This document shows, one piece after another, positions 46,707 to 58,024 of a stretch of DNA of 64,000 nucleotides. The translations under genes were made by a program, and so were the position numbers. Numbering within the stretch: position 1 is the stretch's first letter; each line of letters opens with the position of its first letter. The notes under the pieces were generated by a model. That model ran no database searches. It saw nothing but the letters and a program-made list of their open reading frames with translations, and was not told where the DNA came from. Source of the DNA: Macrostomum hystrix (Eukaryota; Animalia; Platyhelminthes); assembly GCA_950097015.1 (NCBI GenBank), contig CATNEN010000038.1:11780001-11844000 (forward strand), in the 5' to 3' direction.

Positions 46707-49700
46707 CTATCGTCCTGATGGCGGCCTCGTGACGTACTGCAGCAGGCTGCTCGGCGTCGGCTTCGGCGGTCCGTAGCAGAGGTCGACGCCCTCGTTGCCG
46801 CAGAAGACATTGAACAAGATGCCGGCTGTCATGAGCAGGACGTACAGTACCAGAAAGATCCAGAACATGATCTTCTCCCAAGGCTTCACGTCAAGGTTGC
46901 GAAGCAATGGAACTCCGATTAGAAGGCCTGATTTGAGGAATTCCGGGTTGGGAATCGCGATTTTTATGCGTGACCCATACAGGCCAGTCTGATCAAGGCC
47001 AACTAATCAAGGCCAGCCAATCCAGACAAACCCAGCCCAGCCAATCCAAGCCAGCCCAGCTAATCCAGACAAGCCTAGCCAAGCCAATCCAGACAAGCCC
47101 AGCCCAGCCAATCCAGACAAGCCTAGCCCAGCCAATCCAAGCCAGCCCAGCTAATCCAGACAAGCCTAGCCCAGCAAATCCAGACAAGCCTAGCCCAGCT
47201 AATCCAGACAAGCCTAGCCCAGCAAATCCAGACAAGCCCAGTCAAGCCAATCCAGACAAGCCCAGCCCAGCCAATCCAGGCCAGGCCAGCTAATCCAGAC
47301 AAGCCTAGCCCAGCAAATCCAGACAAGCCTAGCCCAGCTAATCCAGACAAGCCTAGCCCAGCAAATCCAGACAAGCCTAGCCCAGCAAATCCAGACAAGC
47401 CCAGCCCAGCAAATCCAGACAAGCCTAGCCCAGCAAATCCAGACAAGCCCAGTCAAGCCAATCCAGACAAGCCCAGCCCAGCCAATCCAGACAAGCCCAG
47501 CCCAGCCAATCCAGACAAGCCTAGCCCAGCAAATCCAGACAAGCCCAGCCCAGCCAATCCAGACAAGCCTAGCCCAGCAAATCCAGACAAGCCCAGCCCA
47601 GCCAATCCAGACAAGCCCAGCCCAGCCAATCCAGGCCAGGCCAGTCCCCTCACCAGCAGCGAAGCCGCCGCCGTGCGCGGCAAAGCTAGTCCTGGAGCGG
47701 GTGTCGGTCATGAATCTGTTGAAAACGGCCAAGCCGGTATCGCCGCCGCCCAGCAGAAGCAGGACAATCAGGCGGAACACTCCACTGCCTAGAAAGGTGA
47801 CTGGACTCTTTAACCAATTGTGCTGCATCTCCTCCCAGTTCATAAACACATTGGCCAGGTGGGCGCCGATCAGAGCGTAGCAGCCGCCTGAGGCTCCAAC
47901 CAGAGCGATGCGCGAATCAAAGCAGGAGCTGGCGAGCGAGCCAGCAATCACGCCTAGTAAATAAACCGGGCCGACGCGCCAGAGTTTGTGCACCAGCTCC
48001 AGTAGAATGCCCAGGATTAGCTGCACCAGACAGTTGAATATCAGATGCAGGTAGCTGAAGTTGGGGCGGAGCGAGGACACAATTGTGCATTGATTTTGGC
48101 TAACAAAACAAAACAGAAATAGTATGAGATAGAACAACTAGATATAGAGGGGAGAGAGTAGACAGAAAGGGGGAGAGAGTAGAAAATGAGGGGGGAGAGT
48201 AGACACAGGTAAGAGGTTGATAGAGCGGAGAGTGTAGACGGGAGTGAGTAGACAAATGGGGAGAGTAAACAAGGGGAGAGAGTAGACAAGGGGAGAGAGT
48301 AGACAAAGGGAGAGAGTAGACAAAGGGAGAGAGTAGACAAGGGGAGAGAGTAGATAAAGGGAGAGAGTAGACAGGGGGACAGAGTAGACAGAGAGGGGGA
48401 GAGTAGACAGAGGGACAGAGCGGGGGAGAGAAGACTCAGGAAATAGGTTGATAGAGGACTGGAGAGAGCAGATAGGTACCCATTGTGCAGCAGCATGTAG
48501 CTGAGGAATCTCCAAGCTTCAATTCGTTTCCTAGGATCGTAGAGCAGCGGCGAGTCCATCGGGCAGCCGGAGCTGGCTGTCACGGGGTACTTGGCTCGGC
48601 TAGTAGGCTCCAAGGCATAGAAGAGAAACACGGCTATCTCGGCGGCGGTCACCAACGGTATGAAAATGGGCGGCGGCCTGCAGTCGTAGGCGTCCGTGAA
48701 GGCTTCAATTTCGCCGGTGTCATTCCACGGCGAGAAGGCGTCGCGCGCGTCGGCTGAGACAACTGTGCGCGCCCGCAGGCCGGGCACCGCCGTGAGCACG
48801 GCGCGGTTCATGAACCGCTTGCCCAGACCCATGCGGCGCCTCGTGTCCTCGTCTGCCCGGGTCATCTCCACCACGAACTCGCCGTAGGTGATGCGATTGT
48901 TTGCATCGGCATCGGCTCGGCGCAGCATGGCATTGATGCGCATCCGGGGCAGGGTGCTGGACTCCTGCAGCCGCTCTGACAGCTGGTTCAATGGAACACC
49001 CTCAGCATACGCCGGGTCAGCCTCATACTGGGGAAAGAGAGATTGAGTCAGCTGACCTGCTTGATTTGCTTTTGTGAAATGAGTCAAATTAATTTGCATT
49101 CTATTAGTCAGTTACAGCTATTTGTATTTATTTAAAGCTGGTCCTATTTTCTGTTGACTTATTTTTGGTCAGTTTATAAATAGGCCTACAGTAGTTTTAG
49201 TAAAACAGGAAATACTTGTATCTTAGTAATAATAATAACTGCAGGAACTTTGTGCATGGTGACACTGCTTCACATTATTTGGTGACACTAGACCCGCAGC
49301 CAGCAAGGAGGGAATTCTGCCCATTTCACTGACTTCTGAGCACACGCTCACACAGGTGTGTACATCTGCCCTGACTTTATCATCATCAGGCAGTGTACAT
49401 ACACTTTCACTGACTTGGAGGTTGGCCTTCAATGGCATAAATTGCATGACAAACCCCCAAGACTTCTCTCTGCTACTAAGTCTGGCCTTGCCACAGAATT
49501 GAGCTCAAGGACATTGGTGCAAGAGGCAAACAGGTTAACCACTCTGCCACCAACCCCCTAGGTAATACATTTTTAATTTAAATATAGCACATAAATTTTA
49601 CATGTGAAAAAGAAGGATATAAAAATTTTTATTGATGGTTTTTGAGACAATAGACCTAGACTTTCAGTAAGTAAAAGTAAGAAGTAGAGCAACAGAAAAC

Positions 49701-50348
49701 TTACCCTCTCAAACAAAGGCCGAAAAGTCTAAAAATTAGTTTGAAATGGGGGAATCATTTATAGAAAATATGAATTTATATTGAGTATAATAGTTATTCA
49801 TATATAAAGTTTACATTTTTGGCATAATTAATTTATTCCAACATATTGCCTATGCCTCTGCCTTAGCAGATAATGTACATAAATAAAATAGATAATGTAT
49901 AGCTAACTTCTTAAGCAGTTTTTTAATTAGGCCTAACTACTACTTGCTTACTTGCAACTTAATTATTTATATCTACCTGAACTAATTCAATATTTAGCTG
50001 CTGATCTCCGTTTTGTTCCAGCCAAGCTAAACTTTCTGTCCTTTAAATTAAACATGTAGCAAAACTGATGATGCACATAAATTTATGCCACCTAAAGTAT
50101 TTTAACATAGGAAAGTTTTCTTCACATATAAATGGTATTTAAATCAATTGTTAGCAATTTTATGAGTATATTATTACTTAAGTAAGTATAAGACTTAAAG
50201 TTACTGTGCTAGTGCACATGCATATTACAAACAAGCTAAAACCCAGCTATAGAGCACACTTAGCGAAAATGTCAAGTGTGCACTAATCCCTCTTACCCAC
50301 CTCATCGATTTCCTTGCGAATCAGTCTCTCTGCTGTCGCATCTGTCAT
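46707..50348 (-). CDS. Rhomboid intramembrane serine protease with N-terminal EF-hand (RHBDL1/3, rhomboid-4-like), 5 exons, ~413 aa
   Basis: Minus-strand exons 50301-50348, 49705-49728 (24-nt microexon), 48480-49027, 47654-48054, 46707-46927 = 1242 nt in frame. EF-hand-like DADANNRITYGEF; EAWRFLSYMLLHNGYLHLIFN; catalytic GASGG and AAHGGGFAAG. Confidence 0.9.
46990..47643. repeat. 24-bp minisatellite (CCAGACAAGCCTAGCCCAGCAAAT) filling rhomboid intron 4
   Basis: Direct tandem array; gives the GLVWIGWA tail of the 307-aa ORF. Confidence 0.96.
48145..48465. repeat. Degenerate purine-rich repeat (GGGAGAGAGTAGACAA) in rhomboid intron 3
   Basis: Tandem degenerate units. Confidence 0.88.
49250..49556 (-). 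mobile_element. SINE family B copy in a rhomboid intron
   Basis: Minus strand GTGGCAGAGTGG head, family B hairpin and 3' GCTGGCTGCGGGTCTAGTGTCACCAAAT. Confidence 0.8.
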
Positions 50349-51187
50349 ACTGAGGTGCTTTACTTTAACTGTTCTGTGATTAAAATAACACAAAATATGG
50401 ACAGAAACGAACGCTACTACTATGGACGTGAATGATTTTAAATAAAAAATTCTAGATTTAAAGGAAGGAAAAAAGTCATTTGAAATAAAGTTAAAAGTTT
50501 ATAAATTATTAGTACTCTGGCACAGGATAGTTAATGTACGATTCAAAATTAATCATAAATACTTTTATTAGATACTGTCAATCATATAAATATAAACTAG
50601 TAAACTCGTACACTAGCTTGTATCGTTTGTTATAGTATACATAAGTAAACCGGTAATGTTTGGTTTTGTACTTGTTTTGAGTTAACCTATATTATTCTCT
50701 AATTTTTGTGATCTTTCGAAACATATGTTTTTTTAAACAGTTGAAAGAGGTGCTTAACATTAACTTAAGTCCTTGCTTGTATTAACAAAGCTTAATTCAC
50801 TTTAAATGCATATACTTACACGATTAGTAACAAATTTAATGTACAGTACTGCTTGTGCATCGATACGTATCGAAACGTTTGCATGTGCATAAAACAATAG
50901 TATATTTTATTTGTTTCATTCATCTCAAGAAAAATTTGCATTGTCGCACTATCAACGAGATATTCAATGATGCGGGTCTGTCAACGAAAATTTCATGGTC
51001 CACCATTAGAAATGTGCATTATTTGTATATAAACTTACTAAGTACCACTGTAGCAGTTCACTGTAGTATTCTTTAAAATATATTTAGTCAAGTAATACAA
51101 TAGGCGTACCGCACGAGAAACGTATATAAAGCAATCTGTTCAACTACTACGAGCTGAGCAGCACCGTTTAGCAGAAGCTGCATGCAG

Positions 51188-54100
51188 CTAGCATGAACCT
51201 GAGCAGCAACAAAGACTGCAAGCCGGCAGCGACAGATGCCATTGCCGCCATGATTTACTTCTGCTTCCGGCCTGGGCAGCGGCTGCAATGACCTGCTGTG
51301 ATTTAGCGGTCACAGATTCCTGAAGGTTGCAACTTGATTCGTCCGGAGATGCACTATCAGATTTTTTATCGCAGCGACAACAGGCGCCGAATCGTCGTTT
51401 GCTAATCGTCTCAATATTCACCGAGTCGCCGCATTGGATGCAATTGGCGCAGTCCCGATGCCAGACGGTTCCTTGCCAGAGCCGAACAACGTCCGCTGAC
51501 CCACCTTCTGTCACCGCTGCGCCTTGTATGGCCAGCAGGGAGTTTGAAAGCGTATAATCCAAAATTCTCTCTTCGCAGTGGGCGCAGAATTTTCTGAATT
51601 AAATGCACTTTTAATAAATCTAATCCTGAATATGAAAAACTTGGCTGCTACTGTGCTTCGTAATTTATTGGTTAACGAGAATCTGCAAAGATTGTTCTAT
51701 TTTTAGAAACCTGATTAGCCAATCAACAAAAACTCTAATCTATGCGCACGTGACGGCACGTGAGCCAATAAAATTGCACGTACCACATCTGCAGCAGCAG
51801 AAAGTATTGAATAATTTATCATAGTCATATTTGCAGTATCTGCGCCCGTGGATCTGCATGTATATTAAAAGTTGGATCGAATATAGAATTTCTATTTTTG
51901 TCATTTAAACATTAACATAAATTGTGTTCTTTTTACCTCGAAAAAATTGTTCAGTTCTACTGGCTGCAGGCACTGGCAGCAACTGAAAATTAAGAGAGTT
52001 GTGGATTAAGGGTGACGTAGATTACGGGGGAGGTAGATTAAGGGTTAGCTGTATTAATGGTGAGGTGGATTATGGGTCGATTAAGGGTGGATTAAAGGTG
52101 GATTAAGGGTAAGGTGGATTAATGGAGAGGGTGACCATGAATGAGATGGATTAAGGGTGAAGCGGATTAAGGTTATGGTGGGTTTAGAATGAGGTGGATT
52201 AATGTTGAGGTGGATTAACGTTAAGGTAGATTAATGGTGAGGGTGACCATGAATGGGGTGGATTAAGGGTGAAGCGGATTAAGGTTTAGGTGGGTTTAGA
52301 GTGAGGTGGATTAATGTTGAGGTGGATTAAGGTTAAGGTAGATTAATGGTGAGGGTGACCATGAATGGGGTGGATTAAGGGTGAAGCGGATTAAGGTTTA
52401 GGTGGGTTTAGAGTGAGGTGGATTAATGTTGAGGTGGATTAAGGTTAAGGTAGATTAATGGTGAGGGTGACCATGAATGGGGTGGATTAAGGGTGAAGCG
52501 GATTAAGGTTTAGGTGGGTTTAGAGTGAGGTGGATTAATGTTGAGGTGGATTAAGGTTAAGGTAGATTAATGGTGAGGGTGACCATGAATGGGGTGGATT
52601 AATGGTGAAGCGGATTAAGGTTTAGGTGGGTTTAGAGTGAGGTGGATTAATGTTGAAGTGGATTAAGGTCAAGGTAGATTAATGGTGAGGGTGACCATGA
52701 ATGGGGTGGATTAAGGGTGAAGCGGATTAAGGTTTAGGTGGGTTTAGAGTGAGGTGGATTAATGTTGAGGTGGATTAAGGATAATGTGAATTAAGGTGAG
52801 GTGGATTAAGGGTGGGGCGGATTAAGACAGGTGGATTAAAAGTGAGGGTGACCAAGAAGGAGCTGGGTTAAGGGTGGGACGGACTATAGGTGAGGTGGAT
52901 GGTGTTAGTTCTTTGATGGCTCACGCCAAGCAGGCTGGATGATACGGACGACCTCCGTGAGTCACGATGGCTCGCGCCGGTTCCAAAATTCTCTCTTCGC
53001 AGTGGGCGCAGAATGTTGAAAAGTCGCTGTAGAGACGGGCATTTTGGGAAGGCGTGCTTAAAGCGACAAGAAGAGTGAAAAACATGCTTTCCATGTTTGC
53101 AGCTCTTCTCAGATGCCTCAGAATCTGCTCAGAATCCAGCAGAATAAACTACGTACTTGGCAAAAATTTTTAAGTGTTCTGAAAATCTCTAATCTTTACC
53201 AATGACAACTAAAGAATCAAGAACACTAGAAAAGTACGTGAAATATACAGGAAATCCACCCTGAAAAGTTTTTTGGAAGCGCCTGAATGCTAACGCTCGT
53301 AAAAGCGTCAAAATTGGTTGACAGACTAGGCCAGGGGTGGGCAAACTTATTTGCTGGCGGGCCAAAGAGAGAGCCTAAAAGACGACACGGGAGACACGGG
53401 AGAGATGAGACACAGGAAAGATGGGACACGAGAGAGATGAGACACGGGAGAGATAAGACAGGGAAGAGATTAGACACGGGAGAGATTAGACACGGGAGAG
53501 ATTAGACACGGGAGAGATAAGAAAGGGAAGAGATAAGACAGGGAAGAGATTAGACACGGGAGAGATTAGACACGGGAGAGATTAGACACGGGAGAGATTA
53601 GACACGGGAGAGATTAGACACGGGAGAGATTAGACACGGGAAAGATAAGACAGGGAAGAGATTAGACACGGGAGAGATAAGACAGGGAAGAGATTAGACA
53701 CGGGAGAGATGAGACACGGGAGAGATTAGACAGGGAAGAGATGAGACACGGGAGAGATAAGACAGGGAAGAGATTAGACACGGGAGAGATGAGACACGGG
53801 AGAGATTAGACACGAGAGAGATGAGACACGGGAGAGATGAGACACGAGAGAGATGAGACACGAGAGAGATTAGACACGGGAGAGATTAGACACGGGAAAG
53901 ATAAGACGGAAGAGATTAGACACGGGAGAGATAAGACAGGGAAGAGATTAGACACGGGAGAGATTAGACACGGGAAAGATAAGACAGGGAAGAGATTAGA
54001 CACGGGAGAGATAAGACAGGGAAGAGATTAGACACGGGAGAGATTAAACACGGGAGAGATGAGACACGAGAGAGATGAGACACGAGAGAGATGAGACACG

Positions 54101-56347
54101 AGAGAGATTAGACACGGGAGAGATTAGACACGGGAGAAATTAGACACGGGAGAGATTAGACACGGGAGAGATTAGACACGGGAGAGACTAGACACGGGAG
54201 AGATGAGACACGAGAGCGATGAGACATGAGAGAGATGAAACAGGACACTGTAGATGTCAGAAGGGGCAACGGGCTGGATTTGGGAGCTTCGAGGGCCGCA
54301 TCTGGCCCGCGGGCCGGAGTTTGCCGACCCCTGGACTAGGCGATGGTGTCCTGTGGTTGAGCTGCGTCTAGTATTTTGGCTTGATCTGTGAAATTGGAGA
54401 AATTCGCGTCAGGGTGTCCAAAGTGACCTAGTTCCACCTGTTGTAGCCCTTGAAGGTCCAGCAAATCCGTCTAGATAAAGGTAGGTGACCACCGAAGACG
54501 AAGATGATGCAGGCACATTCGGGTGACATGCTGATAAATTTTGAAGGCCTGGCAAGGCCGCACTGAGTCGCAGTGTTAATTCGTGTATAGGGGTGTATGA
54601 AATACCAGAAAAATTGAATGTCTCGACGGGTCAGAAGATCGAGCTGGCGATTTGACCGTACGCAGGCACATGTTCACCCAGGTGTGTACATCTGACCTGA
54701 CTTTCTCATCGTCAGGCAGTGTACACTGTGCCTTGGAGGTTGGCCTTCAAGGGCATAAATTGCACGACAAGCCCCAAAGCCTTCTCTCCGCGGCTGCGCC
54801 CCCCAAAAAAATGTGGCCTCGCCGTGGAATAGAACTTAGGGACCGTGGTGCGAGAGGCAAAAGCGATAACCGCTCTGCCACGACCTTTCCTTGGTATAGT
54901 TAGTTCTACTGTTAAACTGACGCACATACAAAGGTACTTTTTGAAGGCTGAAGTCTATACGTACGGCTGTTCAGTCCATGGACTGTGGGACGCCACACCC
55001 GCTCTCAATTACCCTGGAATCGGACCCGCGATCTCCAAGTGACGACTCCGATGCTCTAACCTTCAGACGATTTCAAAAATGGTCCGGCAAATTACTAATG
55101 CTGAGCGATGGCGTGCTGTTGGAATGCTGGAAGTCGGTGTGTCGCGGTGTGAGACTGGCAGCGTGGAGCACGCTGCGAAAGACAGTCAGCGCCTTGATCT
55201 CCGTGGCTCAACAGCCGAGCAAATTGCCGTCTGATGCGAATAGTAAGGCGAACTCCCACCCTGCCAGCCACCCTGCTCCGTCTGATGTGGGTGAGAGAAG
55301 CAGAGCAGGAAGCATCCTGAGCGCCCAGACAATTGGACGTCGAATTCGGGAGGCCGGCCTCCGCTCTCGCAAGATGCGCAAGCGGCCTCGACTCAGTCCT
55401 GCCCACATCGCCAGCCGAGAGCAGTGGGCGATGCAGCGCGTCCACTGGAGGCAGCAGCAGTGGCGACGCGTTGTTTTCACTGACGAGAGCCGGTTCCGAC
55501 TTTTCCAAGCAGACGGTCGCACCCGCGTTTGGCGAGATCCGCGGCAGGAGATGCTGCAGCGGCGTGTACAGTGCGCTGAGAGCCAGGCTGCCTCAGTGCA
55601 CGTTTGGGCCGGCATCTCGCCACATTCAAGGACGGACATCGTCTTCCTGGATGCCAACGTGAACGCTAGTAGCTACGCAGATCTTCTGCAGACTCGGTTC
55701 CTACCGTTTGCCGACGCTGCTTTCGGAGGAGTTGGCAACTGCATTGTCCAGGATGATAACGCGCCGCCACACCGAGCCGATGCTGTTGGTCTAGTGAAAG
55801 AGCAGCTACAGATCCGCACTCTGCGCAGGCCTTCCCGGTCCCCAGACATGAATCCAATCGAGCATGTCTGGGACTTTCTAAAGCGCAGCATTCGAAAAGA
55901 GAATGTAACACAAAATGTTGCGGAGCTGCGTCACGCCATTGCAAACGCTTGGCAGCAACTTCCCCAGGACTTTCTGCACCGCCTTATCTTGGGGATGCCC
56001 CGCAGAGTCGCCGCTCTTCTGCGTGCGAGGGGATCCCACACGCGGAATGAAGCATTGCGATTCTAACTGCATTTTGCATAAAAAATAAACTTGTGATTTT
56101 GTGCGACTGGCGTTTATTATTGATTCAATCACCCCTCCCTCCTCGCGGCGTAGTTGCGTAACTCGCGGGTTGAATTGTGAGCGAGAAGTTATCTCTGACT
56201 AGGCGCGATAGGTGTGCAACTTTTGACTGTTGCTGAGTGTATGAGTACCTTATTATCTGCTCAACCAATTGAGGCCAGGCTCTATACTCACAAATCCTCA
56301 AGATGCTGCTGAACCTGTTGCCCGCCGTCAGCTTCAGACTGAGCCAT
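51188..56347 (-). CDS. Two-LIM-domain protein (PINCH/LIMS LIM1-LIM2-like), 5 exons, ~202 aa
   Basis: Minus-strand exons 56292-56347, 52925-53026, 51937-51982, 51784-51853, 51188-51522 = 609 nt with matching phases. LIM1: CAHC-EERILEPARAIVTHGGRPY-HPAC-LA-CCQC-LQPVELNNFFEIHGRRY-CKYD. LIM2: CCRC-x21-HRDC-AN-CIQC-x16-CCRC. The first exon and the last acceptor (AAG) are less certain. Confidence 0.8.
52000..52900. repeat. 112-bp higher-order repeat built from GGTGGATTAAGG subunits, filling LIM-gene intron 2
   Basis: GAAGCGGATT recurs at 52271, 52383, 52495, 52607 and 52719. Confidence 0.93.
53332..54333 (-). mobile_element. hAT-type MITE, copy 2 (1002 bp), with expanded internal 16-bp satellite
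   Basis: TIRs CAGGGGTGGGCAAAC / GTTTGCCGACCCCTG; TSD GACTAGGC at 53324-53331 and 54334-54341; internal (GATTAGACACGGGAGA)n. Confidence 0.92.
54660..54892 (-). mobile_element. SINE family B copy (5' part with A and B boxes)
   Basis: Minus strand reads GTGGCAGAGCGG (A box) ... GTTCTATTCC (B box), then the family B body. Confidence 0.8.
54940..55062 (-). mobile_element. SINE family A fragment abutting the Tc1 5' region
   Basis: GTACGGCTGTTCAGTCCATGGACTG...GACGCCACACCC...GGAATCGGACCCGCG...GACTCCGATGCTCTAACC. Confidence 0.75.
55079..56239 (+). mobile_element. Decayed Tc1/mariner-superfamily (DD34E) transposon with transposase pseudogene, in intron 1 of the LIM gene
   Basis: FTDESRF ... VQDDNAPPH ... 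SPDMNPIEHVW with 34 residues between the second D and E; stop at 56066. The probable N-terminus (MVRQITNAERWRAVGMLEVG, ATG 55079) is in another frame. The conserved W of WPxxSPD is R. The right end ...GCAACTTTTGACTGTTGCTGAGTG|TA looks like a Tc1 TIR plus TA; no left TIR seen. Confidence 0.88.
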
Positions 56348-56619
56348 CTGGCACCTCCAGTAGGTCGGCACCCTACGCGATCCGCTGCATCAAGGTGTCA
56401 GGTAGGCGGGGAAAAATTAAGCATCGGAATTTGCGGGCATTTGGGAAGGACGCTCTGCGATTTGCATTAAGCCAAAACAGCAGGACCGATTTTCGCATCA
56501 ACAACTGTTATTTAAAAGTACAGAATAATAGGACGACGAAATAGCATCTACAGTATCCCTTGCCCGTATGCACTTCAGATTCCAATTGCAACCCAGATGC
56601 CCGTTTTTTATCCTAACAT

Positions 56620-57540
56620 CAACCTAGATCCCATTATGTTTAATCCAGTTCCCAAATTTAATACTAATCCCATTAACTTTAATCCAGATCCCAACTTTAA
56701 TCCTGATCCCAACTTTAATCCTGATCCCAACTTTAATCCTGATCCCAACTTTAATCCTGATCCCAACTTTAATCCTAATCCCAACTTTAGTACAGATCCC
56801 AACTTTAATCCTAATCCCAACTTTAGTACAGATCCCAACTTTAATCCTAATCCCTACTTTAGTACAGATCCCAACTTTAATCCAGATCGCAATTTTAATC
56901 CAGATTCCTGTTTTAATCCTGATCCCAACTTTAATATAGATCCCAACTTTAATCCTGATCCCAACTTTCATCCTGATCCCAACTTTAATCTTAATCCCAA
57001 CTTTAGTACAGATCCCAACTTTAATCCTAATCCCAACTTTAGTACAGATCCAAACTTTAATCCAGATCGCAATTTTAATCCAGATTCCTGTTGTAATCCT
57101 GATCCCAACTTTAATACTGATCCAAACTTTAATATAGATCCCCATTTAAATCCAGATCCTCATTTCAATCCAGATCCTCATTTTAATCCAGATCCTCATT
57201 TTAATCCAGATCCTCATTTCAATCCAGATCGCAATTTCAATCCAGATCCCCATTTTAATCCAGATCCCCATTTTAATCCAGATCCCCATTTTAATCCAGA
57301 TCCCCATTTTAATCCAGATCCCCATTTTAATCCAGATCCCCATTTTAATCCAGATCCCCATTTTAATCCAGATCCCCATTTTAATCCAGATCCCTGTTGC
57401 AATCCAGATCGCAATTTTAATCCAGATCCCTGTTGCAATCCAGATCGCAATTTTAATCCAGATCCCTGTTTAAATTCAGATCCTCATTTTAATCCAGATC
57501 CTCATTTTAATCCTGATCCACATTTTAATCCAGATCCCTG
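56620..57540. repeat. 18-bp minisatellite (GATCCCAACTTTAATCCT / GATCCCCATTTTAATCCA)
   Basis: Tandem array; source of the FNPDP pseudo-ORF. Confidence 0.95.
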
Positions 57541-58024
57541 GCATTTATTTTCAGTTCCATTTTATCAAGAACCCTTTTTCTAAACTTATAAACATCTTCA
57601 TTTCTATCATATGAAGGTCACAACTGTGCAAACTCATACATGAATAATTAAATTTTAATACGAAGCAACAGTGAACAAATAATTATAGCAGCCTAACCAC
57701 CATTTCTAACTCTATACAGGTACAGTTTACCTGAAGCAGAACATATTTGCTACATCTAGAATGCATGCTGTTGACAATAAACTTACAGCAAACATCACTG
57801 GGTGCAGAATTCTTCTATGTTGAGGCGTTCGGTAAACATCGGGAACTATGCGCTAGCCTTATAGCATCTTATCGACACTTTAATCGCCATTAAAATTAGA
57901 TGTGCCTTAACTGTGAGCTTGATTAATTGATAATTAACGAACTAACTGCACATGTGGCCCCTGAAAAAGATGCTGTTTAAAAAGCTCGACAAAAAATTGG
58001 AGAATTGCCATGGCAAAAAACTCC

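Noticed and set aside
52000-52900. Telomere-like repeat (GGTTTAGG/GGTTAAGG)
   Set aside because: No tandem TTAGGG run; it is a 112-bp intronic higher-order repeat.
54978-56066. Intact 362-aa transposase as given by the ORF track
   Set aside because: The ORF start lies in a SINE fragment, the probable N-terminus is in another frame and truncated, and the conserved Trp is lost; treated as a pseudogene.
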